Positions 50,562 through 59,940 of a stretch of 64,000 bases of DNA are shown one piece after another (the first letter of the stretch is position 1; each line of letters starts with the position of its first letter). The translations under genes were made by a program, and so were the position numbers. The notes beneath the pieces were generated by a model that did no database searches, was not told where the DNA came from, and worked only from the letters and a program-made list of their open reading frames with translations. This DNA is from an uncultured bacterium (GTDB lineage Bacteria > Edwardsbacteria > AC1 > EtOH8), in assembly GCA_963780225.1 (NCBI GenBank), contig CAWAAX010000016.1:1-64000 (forward strand), in the 5' to 3' direction.

Positions 50562-50780
50562 ATGAATAAAGTGCAAGTATTATTTTGGGTTTTATCTTTG
50601 TCAGCAGCAATGGCAGCTGCCGAAACATTGGACGTCACCATCAAAGGCTTTGACGACGGCAAAAAGACCTCGCGTCAGTAGGATTACAAGGAGGCGGTGC
50701 TGGACGCCATCGCCACGGCCAAGACCGGCACGGGCGACAAGTCTCTCCAGCCGGTGCTGATCGAGGATATAACGATATAA
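50562..50780 (+). pseudogene. Chimeric gene remnant (secreted-protein start plus cyclophilin-like end)
   Basis: RBS AAGGAG and ATG 50562; signal peptide; in-frame TAG at 50679; ends 'DAIATAKTGTGDKSLQPVLIEDITI*'. Confidence 0.5.
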
Positions 50781-50923
50781 TTTTTCTAATGCATTGAAGG
50801 AGATAAATTATCCACAGATAGAGCATTAAATAAAGAAAAGTCATGAAGAAGTGGATTGTCATTATCTTCACCTTAAGATATTACGATAACTATATATAAT
50901 AGCAATAGAAAAAGGGTGTTATT

Positions 50924-51730
50924 ATGAATTCTAAAGAGATGCCCATAGAAGAATATAAACAAATATTTAACAAACATGATAGCGTTGCTGATTTATATTT
51001 AGAACATGCTTATAAGCGAATGTGCATTACAAAAAAGCTTGCTTTGCAGGGAATTTGTAGTACTAATAACAATATCAAACTTTTAGATATTGGCTCTCAT
51101 ATGCTTCATAGTAGCGTTCTTTATGCAATGGATGGAATAAAGGTTGATGCTGCTGATTTAACTAGCTATGCATCAGATAAGATCGTACAAGGAGTACTAA
51201 AAGACTATAAAATAAATTTCTTGACATATAATGATTTAAGCAACCCAATTGAATTAAATATTCTGCCATCAAATTATTACGACATAATATTGTTTTCTGA
51301 AATTCTTGAGCATATTACTTTTAATCCAGTAAAAATGTGGGAAACTATTTATAGATTACTTTCTCCGAAAGGAAAAATTATAGTTACAACTCCCAATTAT
51401 TATTCTACTGGAAATATTATAAATAACTTGTTGCAGCTTTTGCAAGGCATGAGTTCTGGAATACCTATTACGCAAATTATTTCGTTAAATACTACTGCTC
51501 ACCATTGGAAACTCTATTCAGAAAAGGATTTAATTACATATTTCCAATTGCTATCTCCAGATTTTATTGTGAAAAGAATAGTCTATTACAATTATTCCAC
51601 AAAAAAATCGATAATTCGTAAAATCAAAGCATTGGCTGAAAAAGGCATAAAATATCTAAGAGAAGCACTTTATGCGGAAATCGTTATTGAAAGAAAAGAA
51701 CATGGCATAATTGCAAAACCCGGATGGTAG
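50924..51730 (+). CDS. Class I SAM-dependent methyltransferase (AT-rich cargo)
   Basis: LLDIGS, YDIILFSEILEHI, LSPKGKIIVTTPN; much lower GC than neighbours. Confidence 0.85.
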   Translation: MNSKEMPIEEYKQIFNKHDSVADLYLEHAYKRMCITKKLALQGICSTNNNIKLLDIGSHMLHSSVLYAMDGIKVDAADLTSYASDKIVQGVLKDYKINFLTYNDLSNPIELNILPSNYYDIILFSEILEHITFNPVKMWETIYRLLSPKGKIIVTTPNYYSTGNIINNLLQLLQGMSSGIPITQIISLNTTAHHWKLYSEKDLITYFQLLSPDFIVKRIVYYNYSTKKSIIRKIKALAEKGIKYLREALYAEIVIERKEHGIIAKPGW

Positions 51731-51745
51731 TAAAAGGCGCAAAAA

Positions 51746-51905
51746 CGCTAACATCTCGTTCGAGCCTGACTGCTTACGCACGAAGATACGATTCGTTTAA
51801 AATTAATGAGCAACATTCAATACAGTTCATTTCGTACTGTGTGAATGGGAAGTTAAGTAAGGATATGAGCGTGCATAAGCCAGCGGCTCAATAGCGGCGT
51901 TAAGG
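51746..51905 (+). mobile_element. attC-like integron cassette recombination site
   Basis: CGCTAAC 15 nt after the stop, GTTAAGG at the end; complementary arms TTCGAGCC/GGCTCAA and GCTTA.GCACG/CGTGCATAAGC. Confidence 0.55.
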
Positions 51906-51996
51906 GTAAGGCGTGGCAACAAAGACCATCGGCCCCTTGAAACTTCTCTGAATTGTGGGTATACTGCTTCGTGACGCCTAAGGGCAGCGCTATAGA

Positions 51997-52506
51997 ATGA
52001 AATATTTCTTGTTGATATCAATATTACGTACCTTCATGTCCTCCCAGCTCGGCGCAGCGGACCAGCGTAAGCCCGAGGATAAAGGAATGCCCCCCGATAC
52101 CGCGGTGTTCGCCGGCGGATGCTTCTGGTGACTGGAGCATCCCTTAGTCCAGCTGGTGGGTATCACGGAGGTGATGCCGGGCTACGGTGGCGGGCAAAAG
52201 GCCGAACCCACCTACCAGGAGGTTTGCACCGGTAAGACCGGGCATTATGAGACCGTCAGGATAACCTACAATCCGGGGAAAATCACTTACCGGTAACCGG
52301 TTGAGGCAGAGGTGCCCTCCAGCAAGCCCCTGTTCTACGAATACCTGGCCGACCCCGATTACAGTTTTGCCGTGGCCAACAGCGGGTTCCTGTTCCGCCG
52401 GATGCTGGTGGGCAACAGATACCGGGACACAACGGCCGCCTACCGGGCCAGGATCAAAGGCGAGCTGCTCAAAGGCTACCGGGAATTCACCGGATTTGAA
52501 TTCTAG
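51997..52506 (+). pseudogene. msrA: Degenerate peptide methionine sulfoxide reductase MsrA fragment fused to an unrelated tail
   Basis: 'DTAVFAGGCFW*LE..GYGGG..PTYQEVCTGKTGHYE.V.I.YNP'; in-frame TGA at 52129 and TAA at 52294. Confidence 0.8.
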
Positions 52507-52522
52507 ACTACAAAGGATATAG

Positions 52523-53146
52523 ATGGAGAATGTTTCCCCAACCAGAATGAACCTGCTGGGCCGCAAGGCCCAGGTGTCCCTGGCCAAACAGGGGGTGGAC
52601 CTGCTGAAGAAGAAGCGGGACGCCTTGGTGACCGACTTCTTTGTGGTGGTCAAGAACTCCCTGGCCTCACGGGAACAGCTTAACCAGACCTCCCAGCAGG
52701 CGGTGGAACTGCTGAACCTGGCGGTGGCCTTCGAGGGCCGCCAGCCCCTGGAATCTTCGGCCCTGCCGGGCCGCCGGGACATCCGGCTCAACGTCTCGGA
52801 AAAGAACGTCTGGGGCATCAAGATCCCCGAGGTCTCGGCCGGTAGCGTGGTGCGCGATCAATTTTCCCGGGGATACAGCCCCACCGCCGCCACCAGCCGT
52901 TCGCTGAAGACGGCCGATTCCTTTGAACAGATGATAGATCTATTGATAGTGGTGGCCGGCAGCGAGACCCGGCTCAAGCGCCTGGGCTCCGAGATCAAGA
53001 AAACCACCCGCCGGGTCAACGCCCTGGAGCAGGTGGTGATCCCCAGGATATACCGGGAGATGAGCTACATCAAGGGCGTGCTGGAGCAAAGGGAGCGGGA
53101 GGACATCTTCCGGCTTAAGATGATCAAGAAAAAAGGCGAAGAGTGA
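52523..53146 (+). CDS. ntpD: V/A-type ATPase subunit D
   Basis: VSPTRMNL, G..LLKKKRDAL, EIKKTTRRVNALE, EREDIFRLK. Confidence 0.96.
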   Translation: MENVSPTRMNLLGRKAQVSLAKQGVDLLKKKRDALVTDFFVVVKNSLASREQLNQTSQQAVELLNLAVAFEGRQPLESSALPGRRDIRLNVSEKNVWGIKIPEVSAGSVVRDQFSRGYSPTAATSRSLKTADSFEQMIDLLIVVAGSETRLKRLGSEIKKTTRRVNALEQVVIPRIYREMSYIKGVLEQREREDIFRLKMIKKKGEE

Positions 53147-53820
53147 AACTTCGCCTTAAACTTTTTTCAGCCGTGCTACTAACGGCTTTGACCTGTTGCG
53201 GCTGTTTTTCAGTGGAATACCAGACCGTGATCGGCCGCAGGGGAGGCGGAGTCAGGGCAATTGAGATTGTAATGGATCCAATGATGGCCGGGCTTTATAA
53301 CAAAACCCCAGGTTCTGATAAGTTTTTCAAGATCCCCGGCCAGGGGTTGCAGACAAAACCGGGAGTGTTCCTGACTGGCAACGGCAAAACTGAAATGGAT
53401 GATGGCAGCCTTAAACTGTCATGGAGTTACCGGACCGGCAGGGCGGAACTGTTTTCCGACGGCAATGATTCGGTAAAAATTAATATCACCAATCCAGGGA
53501 TTTGGATCTGTTATGAATACCGGGAAAGCATTCTATCTTCCCAAACCGATTCGGCCGGCCAGTTTGCCGGGTCGAGCACTTACCGGATCCGCCATAAACT
53601 TGCCATGCCGGGACAGGTCATCAGCCATAATTCCGATTCCATTCAGTCAGGCCTCCTGATTTGGAACCGACCGCTGGGACAGGTAACCAGCAATGGACTG
53701 ATTATGGAAGCCCGCAGCCGGGAGTTAAACCCTCTTTACCTGTTGTTGGCGGCAATATTGCTGGCAGCCGGGGGTGGATATTTTTACTGGTATAAGGTCA
53801 AATCTTTAAATAATTTATAA
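53143..53820 (+). CDS. Putative lipoprotein with C-terminal TM helix (LppM-like)
   Basis: Lipobox-like 'TCCGC'; 'MPGQVISHNSD....LIW'; C-terminal hydrophobic helix. Confidence 0.55.
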   Translation: MKLRLKLFSAVLLTALTCCGCFSVEYQTVIGRRGGGVRAIEIVMDPMMAGLYNKTPGSDKFFKIPGQGLQTKPGVFLTGNGKTEMDDGSLKLSWSYRTGRAELFSDGNDSVKINITNPGIWICYEYRESILSSQTDSAGQFAGSSTYRIRHKLAMPGQVISHNSDSIQSGLLIWNRPLGQVTSNGLIMEARSRELNPLYLLLAAILLAAGGGYFYWYKVKSLNNL

Positions 53821-53863
53821 TATTGCTTGATATCCTGTTGAATTTGTAATAAAATTAATCATT

Positions 53864-55120
53864 ATGAGACAAATAAAAGTCATACTTCTGTTACTCGGCT
53901 TGAATGCGCCAATCCTTTGGGCCATGGGAGCAAGACCATCGGAGCATGGACAGAGTTTCGGCCTCAGCCAGGGCGCGGTCAGATTTTATTATCAGATGAC
54001 CCAGTTCCAAACAACGGAAGGAACCCGGGTCGAAATTTCTTATTCCCTGCCTTACGATCAGGTTCAGTTTGTGGCCCAGGACCAACAATTCAAAGCTGCC
54101 TACAGCTTTTCGGTGATCGTGATGGATGCTAAAGGCCGACAGGTGACCGGCGATTCCTGGGAACGGACCCTGACGGTGGAAAAATATCAGGAACTGCAGA
54201 AGGGAAATTATCTGGTCTGCGATACTTTCAGCCTTAAGGTCATTCCCGGGAAATATAAATTCCTGATAATCTGCACCGACAATAACTCGGAGCGGAGAGG
54301 GGATGCATCAATAAAGATAGAGGTCATGAGTTTCCGAACCGGGAACCTGGCCTTAAGCGGGCTTCGGTTTCAAAAATTGCAGGAGGCAAACCTGATCCCC
54401 TGGCCTAAAAGGCAGTACGGTGATGGTAACGGCGATATCAACTTTTACTATCAAATTTATTCAACCCGGCCGGAATCATTAAAGGCAAGTTACAGCCTGA
54501 TGCGATTCGGCGCCATCGTCAATTCCTGGACCCAAAGTGAATTACTGGCTGATACAGGCAAACAATGGACTGTAAATAAAACTATCAGAGCCGATAGTCT
54601 TTTGACCGGCAGTTATGTGCTGAAACTTGAGCTTCAACAGGCAGGACAAAAGGTAACGGCCGGCGAATCGCTATTTGTCCGCAATGCGAAATTCATTACC
54701 GCCAAAGATTACCGGGAGCAGATTGATCAGCTGGAATATATCTCCAAGGGACGGGAGTTGGACTCATTGCGGAAAGCTCTTCCGGCTCTGAGGGAGACGC
54801 TATTGCTGCATTTTTGGCAGTTGAGGGATCCGGACACCACCACCTCAGTTAATGAATTCCGCGATGGGTACTACGACCGGGTGGATTATGCCAACGAGCA
54901 TTATGGCTCGGTATTCAAATCCGGCTGGAAAAGCGATATGGGAATGGTCTACATCCTTTTCGGGCTGGCCGATGAAATAGAAAGGCATCCATTTGAACTG
55001 GAATATCCGGCCTATGAGATATGGTACTACTACTCCGACGGGCGCCGGTATGTATTCATGGATCGCAAGGGCATAGGCGATTACGAATTAATTTATCCAA
55101 AAAGGGAGAGAGTGCGATGA
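53864..55120 (+). CDS. GWxTD domain-containing protein
   Basis: Signal peptide; 'FWQLRDPD.TT..NEF...YY.RV.YAN..GWKSDMG.VYI.FG..EIWYY'. Confidence 0.85.
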   Translation: MRQIKVILLLLGLNAPILWAMGARPSEHGQSFGLSQGAVRFYYQMTQFQTTEGTRVEISYSLPYDQVQFVAQDQQFKAAYSFSVIVMDAKGRQVTGDSWERTLTVEKYQELQKGNYLVCDTFSLKVIPGKYKFLIICTDNNSERRGDASIKIEVMSFRTGNLALSGLRFQKLQEANLIPWPKRQYGDGNGDINFYYQIYSTRPESLKASYSLMRFGAIVNSWTQSELLADTGKQWTVNKTIRADSLLTGSYVLKLELQQAGQKVTAGESLFVRNAKFITAKDYREQIDQLEYISKGRELDSLRKALPALRETLLLHFWQLRDPDTTTSVNEFRDGYYDRVDYANEHYGSVFKSGWKSDMGMVYILFGLADEIERHPFELEYPAYEIWYYYSDGRRYVFMDRKGIGDYELIYPKRERVR

Positions 55121-56535
55121 ACAGCCAGTTTAAAAAACAGCGGATTCCGGTGATGGTCCTGGCCCTAGTTTTGGCGGTGTTTTCCCTGGCCCGGGGTTGG
55201 CCGCTTTCATCCGAAGGCACCATAAAGTTCTGGGTGGACGGAGCCGCCTTTGCCGGAGACAGCGGAAAAACCTGGCAGGAGATCTACTGGAGCCTGCCGG
55301 TTAAAGATTTTGTGATAAAACAAAATGCCGGACAAAGGACCATCAGTTATAAAACAATGATCCAGCTTCGGGATTCCAGTGGCAAACTATTTCTGGATGA
55401 GGACTGGAATTCCAACCTAAACATTCCCCCGGCCCAAGAGATAGAACGCCGGGATTTGGCCACTCTGGATTTAATGGTAGCCAACAATTTGAAACCGGGC
55501 GACTATCGTCTTAAATTCATGGTCAGCGATCTGAACGGTGGGAATATCGGGACATTGGAAAGGGTTGTTAACCTTCCTTATCTGAACCCGGGAAATCTAT
55601 CCGTTAGTCAGATTCAGGTAGCTTCGGACATCTACCTTGACACCCTAAAAACCCGTTTTTCCAAAGGGAAACTACAGATCAAACCGCACCCCTCCCGGGA
55701 GTTTGGAGATGCTTACCGTAATTTATATTATTATTTTGAAGTATACCGTTCTGCCTCCGACACTGGCGGCGGAGAAAGGGTTATTCAGATATCTCTGAAT
55801 TCCACTTCCCAGCCGGTTATCAACACCATTGCCAATAACATTATTACAGAACGAACCGGACAGATAATTCAAACCGGCGGAGTAAATCTGGACAGTTTTC
55901 CCGACGGTTTGTATATCCTTAAAGTCCAGCTAAAGGATGGAGCCCGGAAATTACTGGCCTATTCCCAGGCAGGAGTTAAAATCAACCGAAAACCTCTGAC
56001 CGTGATAACCGGGGCCGGAGACAAGTTGGATGAAGAAATACAGGCATTGCAGAAGGAGGGGGGAGAATATTTTTACGAAATAGGTTATATAGCTTCCTCT
56101 CGTGAGGTAGAACAGCTGAAGAAGCTGGATGAAAATGGGAAGAAAGAATTTTTACGGAGATTTTGGAAATCCCGTGACGCCGATCCAACCACCTCTGAGA
56201 ATGAAACCCTGCTAGAGCATGCCCGGCGCTACAAGGATGCGGACATTAAATTCGGCGAGAATAACCGGGGCGGAATGAAGGGAAGCCAGACCGACCGGGG
56301 CAGGCTTTATATTAAATACGGAACTCCCAACGAGGTTGAAAGCAAGGTCATGCAGGGCCAATACCGTCCGCTTGAGATCTGGCGTTATTATAACGGCAAC
56401 AAATTCGTTTTTGTTGACAAATCAAGTTTTGGCAGGTTCCAACTGATGTATTCAAAATCCAAAGATGAGCGGACTGACCCCAACTGGAGTATATATATCA
56501 GTGCTGAAGTGATCCAAAATGAAGATCTAAAATAA
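55117..56535 (+). CDS. GWxTD domain-containing protein (second paralogue)
   Basis: ATGA overlap with upstream stop; signal peptide; 'FWKSRD.DPTT.ENE..GSQTDRGRLYIKYG.P..EIWRY'. Confidence 0.85.
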   Translation: MNSQFKKQRIPVMVLALVLAVFSLARGWPLSSEGTIKFWVDGAAFAGDSGKTWQEIYWSLPVKDFVIKQNAGQRTISYKTMIQLRDSSGKLFLDEDWNSNLNIPPAQEIERRDLATLDLMVANNLKPGDYRLKFMVSDLNGGNIGTLERVVNLPYLNPGNLSVSQIQVASDIYLDTLKTRFSKGKLQIKPHPSREFGDAYRNLYYYFEVYRSASDTGGGERVIQISLNSTSQPVINTIANNIITERTGQIIQTGGVNLDSFPDGLYILKVQLKDGARKLLAYSQAGVKINRKPLTVITGAGDKLDEEIQALQKEGGEYFYEIGYIASSREVEQLKKLDENGKKEFLRRFWKSRDADPTTSENETLLEHARRYKDADIKFGENNRGGMKGSQTDRGRLYIKYGTPNEVESKVMQGQYRPLEIWRYYNGNKFVFVDKSSFGRFQLMYSKSKDERTDPNWSIYISAEVIQNEDLK

Positions 56536-56555
56536 CCGGGGATCCCAGTACTATG

Positions 56556-56587
56556 AAAAAGCTCCCGTTGTAATACGGGGGCTTTTT
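56556..56587. terminator. Intrinsic terminator
   Basis: AAAAAGCTCCCGT-TGTAAT-ACGGGGCTTTTT-type hairpin. Confidence 0.7.
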
Positions 56588-56590
56588 CCA

Positions 56591-56619
56591 TTGACTTATT
56601 CAGCCAAATTGGCTAAAAT
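56591..56619 (+). promoter_or_regulatory. sigma70-type promoter of the hut genes
   Basis: TTGACT, 17-nt spacer, TAAAAT; spacer contains the palindrome AGCCAAATTGGCT (possible operator). Confidence 0.6.
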
Positions 56620-56650
56620 GATGGTTTACAAACTTATAGAAGTTGATACT

Positions 56651-58180
56651 ATGCAAAAAGTTATTGTCGGACAAAGACCATTGCCATTGGAAATTGTCGG
56701 GGCAGTGGCCTCAACAAAAACCCAGCTGTCATTATCGGCATCAGCACTTTCCCGTTTGGCGTCCGGACGCAGGGTGGTGGAGCGGATAATCAAAGAGAAC
56801 CGGACGGTCTATGGCATCACTACCGGGTTCGGAAAATTCGCCGAGGTCAGGATCTCGCTGGATGAGATCGACAGGCTCCAGGAAAACCTGATAAAAAGCC
56901 ATGCCACCGGGGTGGGGCAGATGTTTCATCCCTGCCAGGTCAAAGCGATCATGCTTTTGCAGGTTAATCAGCTCTGCCAGGGCGCATCGGGCGTCCGTCC
57001 GGTGGTGGTCCGGCAGCTGCTGGGGCTTTTAAACAACGACATCATCCCGCTGGTACCGCAGCAGGGTTCGGTGGGGGCCTCCGGCGACCTGTCGCCCCTG
57101 GCCCATATCGGGCTGGTGATGATCGGACGGGGCCAGGCCTTTTATAAGGGGAAAATTATAAACGGGGCCGATGCCCTGAAAAAAGCCGGAATGAAGCCAT
57201 TGATCCTGAAGGCCAAGGAAGGTTTGGCCATTACCAACGGAACGGAAGTGATGACGGCAATCGGCATCCTTAATCTGCTGGAAGCCGAAAAGCTCTGTAA
57301 AATGTCCGATATCGCCGGGGCCATGTCTTTAGAGGCTTTGCGGGGCACTGACAAGGCCTTTGATCCCCGGATCCAGGCCTTACGGCCGCACAGCGGGCAG
57401 ATGGATTCGGCCGAAAACCTCAGAAAACTTCTTTCCGGAAGCCAGATAAGAAAATCGCATAAGGACTGCCAGAAAGTTCAGGATTCATATTCCCTGCGCT
57501 GCATGCCCCAGGTGCATGGGGCCACCAAGACCGCTCTTAAGCACATCCGGCAGGTGCTGGAGACGGAGTTGAACTCGGTTACCGACAATCCCCTGGTATT
57601 CGCAAAAGAGCAAGAAGTTCTCTCGGGCGGAAATTTCCACGGACAGCCGATGGCCCTGGCCATGGATTACCTGGGCATCGCCGCGGCCGAGCTGGCCGAC
57701 ATCTCCGAACGGCGTCTGGCCAGACTGCTGGACACCTCGCTCTCCGGACTGCCGGGATTCCTGACCGAGCACGGGGGCCTGAACTCCGGACTGATGATCA
57801 CCCAGAACACAGCCGCCTCGCTGGTCTCCGAGAACAAGGTGCTGGCCCATCCTTCGTCGGTCGATTCAATTCCCACCTCGGCCAACCAGGAGGACCACGT
57901 TTCCATGGGAACATTCGGGGCCCGCAAAGCCGGACAGATCTGCGGCAATGTCCGCTATGTGCTGGCCTGCGAACTGCTGGCCGCCGCCCAGGGGCTGGAG
58001 TTCCTGAAACCGCTGAAACCGGGCAAAGGAGTGGACGCGGCCTGTCAGGCCATTCGCCGCGGCGTCAAAGCGTTCAAGCAGGACCGGGAGTTCCACCTGG
58101 ATATCGAAGCCATAAATGATATGATACTGGATGGAGATATATTGGATGCCGTGGAGAAGAGCATAGGAAAACTCAAATAA
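56651..58180 (+). CDS. hutH: Histidine ammonia-lyase
   Basis: YGITTGFG, LIKSHA, GSVGASGDL (MIO Ala-Ser-Gly), QDSYSLRC.PQVHG, SGGNFHG, NQEDHVSM. Confidence 0.96.
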   Translation: MQKVIVGQRPLPLEIVGAVASTKTQLSLSASALSRLASGRRVVERIIKENRTVYGITTGFGKFAEVRISLDEIDRLQENLIKSHATGVGQMFHPCQVKAIMLLQVNQLCQGASGVRPVVVRQLLGLLNNDIIPLVPQQGSVGASGDLSPLAHIGLVMIGRGQAFYKGKIINGADALKKAGMKPLILKAKEGLAITNGTEVMTAIGILNLLEAEKLCKMSDIAGAMSLEALRGTDKAFDPRIQALRPHSGQMDSAENLRKLLSGSQIRKSHKDCQKVQDSYSLRCMPQVHGATKTALKHIRQVLETELNSVTDNPLVFAKEQEVLSGGNFHGQPMALAMDYLGIAAAELADISERRLARLLDTSLSGLPGFLTEHGGLNSGLMITQNTAASLVSENKVLAHPSSVDSIPTSANQEDHVSMGTFGARKAGQICGNVRYVLACELLAAAQGLEFLKPLKPGKGVDAACQAIRRGVKAFKQDREFHLDIEAINDMILDGDILDAVEKSIGKLK

Positions 58181-58287
58181 CCTAACTCAACCCCCTGCCC
58201 CTTCTCTTTGCTTCGGCAGGCTCAGCACAAGGGCAAGAGAAGGGGAGAGGGGGGATGAGTTTAAAAAATAGATCGCAGGAGAGTAAA

Positions 58288-59811
58288 ATGTCCATCGCAC
58301 TAAACGGTTCCGGGTTGACCATCGAAAAAATTGTCAGGATCGCCCGCCATAACGAAAAAGTGGAGCTGGCCCCCGAGGCCCTGGAGCGGATCAAAAAATG
58401 CCGGGCCATGCTGGAGAAGAAGATCGAAGCCCATGAGATCATGTACGGTGTCAATACCGGCATCGGCGAATTTTCCGAGGTGGTGCTGAATGACGACCAG
58501 GTCAGGGATTTCCAGAAATACCTGATATACAACCATGCCGCCGGGATCGGCGACCCGGCCCCCGTAGAATACATTCGCGGCGCCATGGCCGGGCGGATCA
58601 ACGTCCACGCCCACGGCAACTCCGGCATCCGCCCCGAGATCACTTTGACCCTGGTGGAGATGCTGAACAAGGGGGTCACCCCGTATGTCTGCCAAAAAGG
58701 ATCGGTGGGCGCCTGCGGCGACCTGGCACCCATGTCCCAGATAGCCCTGCTTCTTTTGGGGGAGGGCCAGGCCTATTACCAGGGACAGCTGTTGCCCGGC
58801 AAAGAGGCCATGGACCAGGCCGGGATCAATATCCCCGGACTGCAGGCCCGGGACGGGCTGGGCACCATCAACGGCTCCAACGTGCTGACCGCCATGAGCG
58901 CCATATTCCTGTATGATGCCAACCGCTGGCTTAAGCAGGCCGAGATCGCGGCCGCCATGTCGCTGGAGGCCCTGAAGGCCAACATGAAGCCGTACATCGC
59001 AAAGCTGCACGAGGCCCGGGGTTTCAAGGGCGCGGTGCGCAGCGCGGCGGCCATCCGCAAAATGGTGGCCGAAGGCGACCTGAACGAGGGCCGGGTCAAG
59101 TGCAAGGTCCAGGACGCCTATTCCATGAGGTCAACCCCGCAGGTGATCGGCGCCGCCCACGATGCTTTGGCCTACGCCCGGTCCCAGGTGGAGATAGAAC
59201 TTAACGGGGTGGGGGACAATCCCATCTTCTTCCCGGAGGAGAACCTCCAGCTGTCCGGGGCCAATTTCCAGGGCTCGCCGGTGGGGGTGCCCATGGATAT
59301 GGCCGGATACTGCATCACCATGGTCAGCATCCTTTCCGAGCGCCGGATGAACCGTCTCAACAATCCGGCCCTTAGCGTGGGCCTGCCGGCATTTTTGACC
59401 AAAAGCGGAGGAATGTTCTCCGGCCTGATGCTTTCCCAGTACACCGCCGACACCCTCATAGTTGAACAGAAGATACTTTCCACCCCGGCCTCCATCCAGT
59501 CCATCCCGGCGGCGGCCGACCAGGAGGATTTTGTCTCCATGGGCATGAACACCGCCATCAAGAATTTCCAGATACTGGACAACGCTTACGGCATATTGGG
59601 CATCGAGATGATGGCCGCCGCCCAGGCTTTGGATCTTAGGGACTACAAGTTCGGAACCGGCACCGCCAAGGCCAAGGAGATCGTACGTAAACACGTGGAT
59701 TTCCTGGAGATAGACCGCCCGCTGTATAAGGACCATACGGCCATGAAGGAGCTGGTGAGATCGGGAGAAGTGTTGGAGGAAGTGGAGAAGGCAGTGGGGA
59801 ACCTGGAGTAG
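58288..59811 (+). CDS. Aromatic amino acid ammonia-lyase, HutH paralogue (Ala-Cys-Gly variant)
   Basis: YGVNTGIG, LIYNHA, GSVGACGDL, QDAYSMRSTPQV.G, GANFQG, DQEDFVSM. Confidence 0.9.
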   Translation: MSIALNGSGLTIEKIVRIARHNEKVELAPEALERIKKCRAMLEKKIEAHEIMYGVNTGIGEFSEVVLNDDQVRDFQKYLIYNHAAGIGDPAPVEYIRGAMAGRINVHAHGNSGIRPEITLTLVEMLNKGVTPYVCQKGSVGACGDLAPMSQIALLLLGEGQAYYQGQLLPGKEAMDQAGINIPGLQARDGLGTINGSNVLTAMSAIFLYDANRWLKQAEIAAAMSLEALKANMKPYIAKLHEARGFKGAVRSAAAIRKMVAEGDLNEGRVKCKVQDAYSMRSTPQVIGAAHDALAYARSQVEIELNGVGDNPIFFPEENLQLSGANFQGSPVGVPMDMAGYCITMVSILSERRMNRLNNPALSVGLPAFLTKSGGMFSGLMLSQYTADTLIVEQKILSTPASIQSIPAAADQEDFVSMGMNTAIKNFQILDNAYGILGIEMMAAAQALDLRDYKFGTGTAKAKEIVRKHVDFLEIDRPLYKDHTAMKELVRSGEVLEEVEKAVGNLE

Positions 59812-59940
59812 ACAAACGAATTACTAAATACAAAAATCTAAATGCTAAACAAAATCTAAGGGTCGAAAGACAAATATCAAAAAGCGCCCCGTTTAGTATT
59901 TTATGATTGGAATTTGTTTAGGTTTTAGGAATTAGAAATT

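Noticed and set aside
50679..50681. Pyrrolysine or stop-codon reassignment at the in-frame TAG
   Set aside because: TAG and TGA end many intact genes here; a CAG-to-TAG change in a short chimeric remnant is simpler
56591..56650. Longer ORF-track starts (hutH 56591, birA 24946, M28 20487, rng 27499, subunit A 44306, 55021, 58255, 61256)
   Set aside because: The extensions run through promoters, repeats or upstream genes; downstream ATGs fit the family N-termini and RBS positions better
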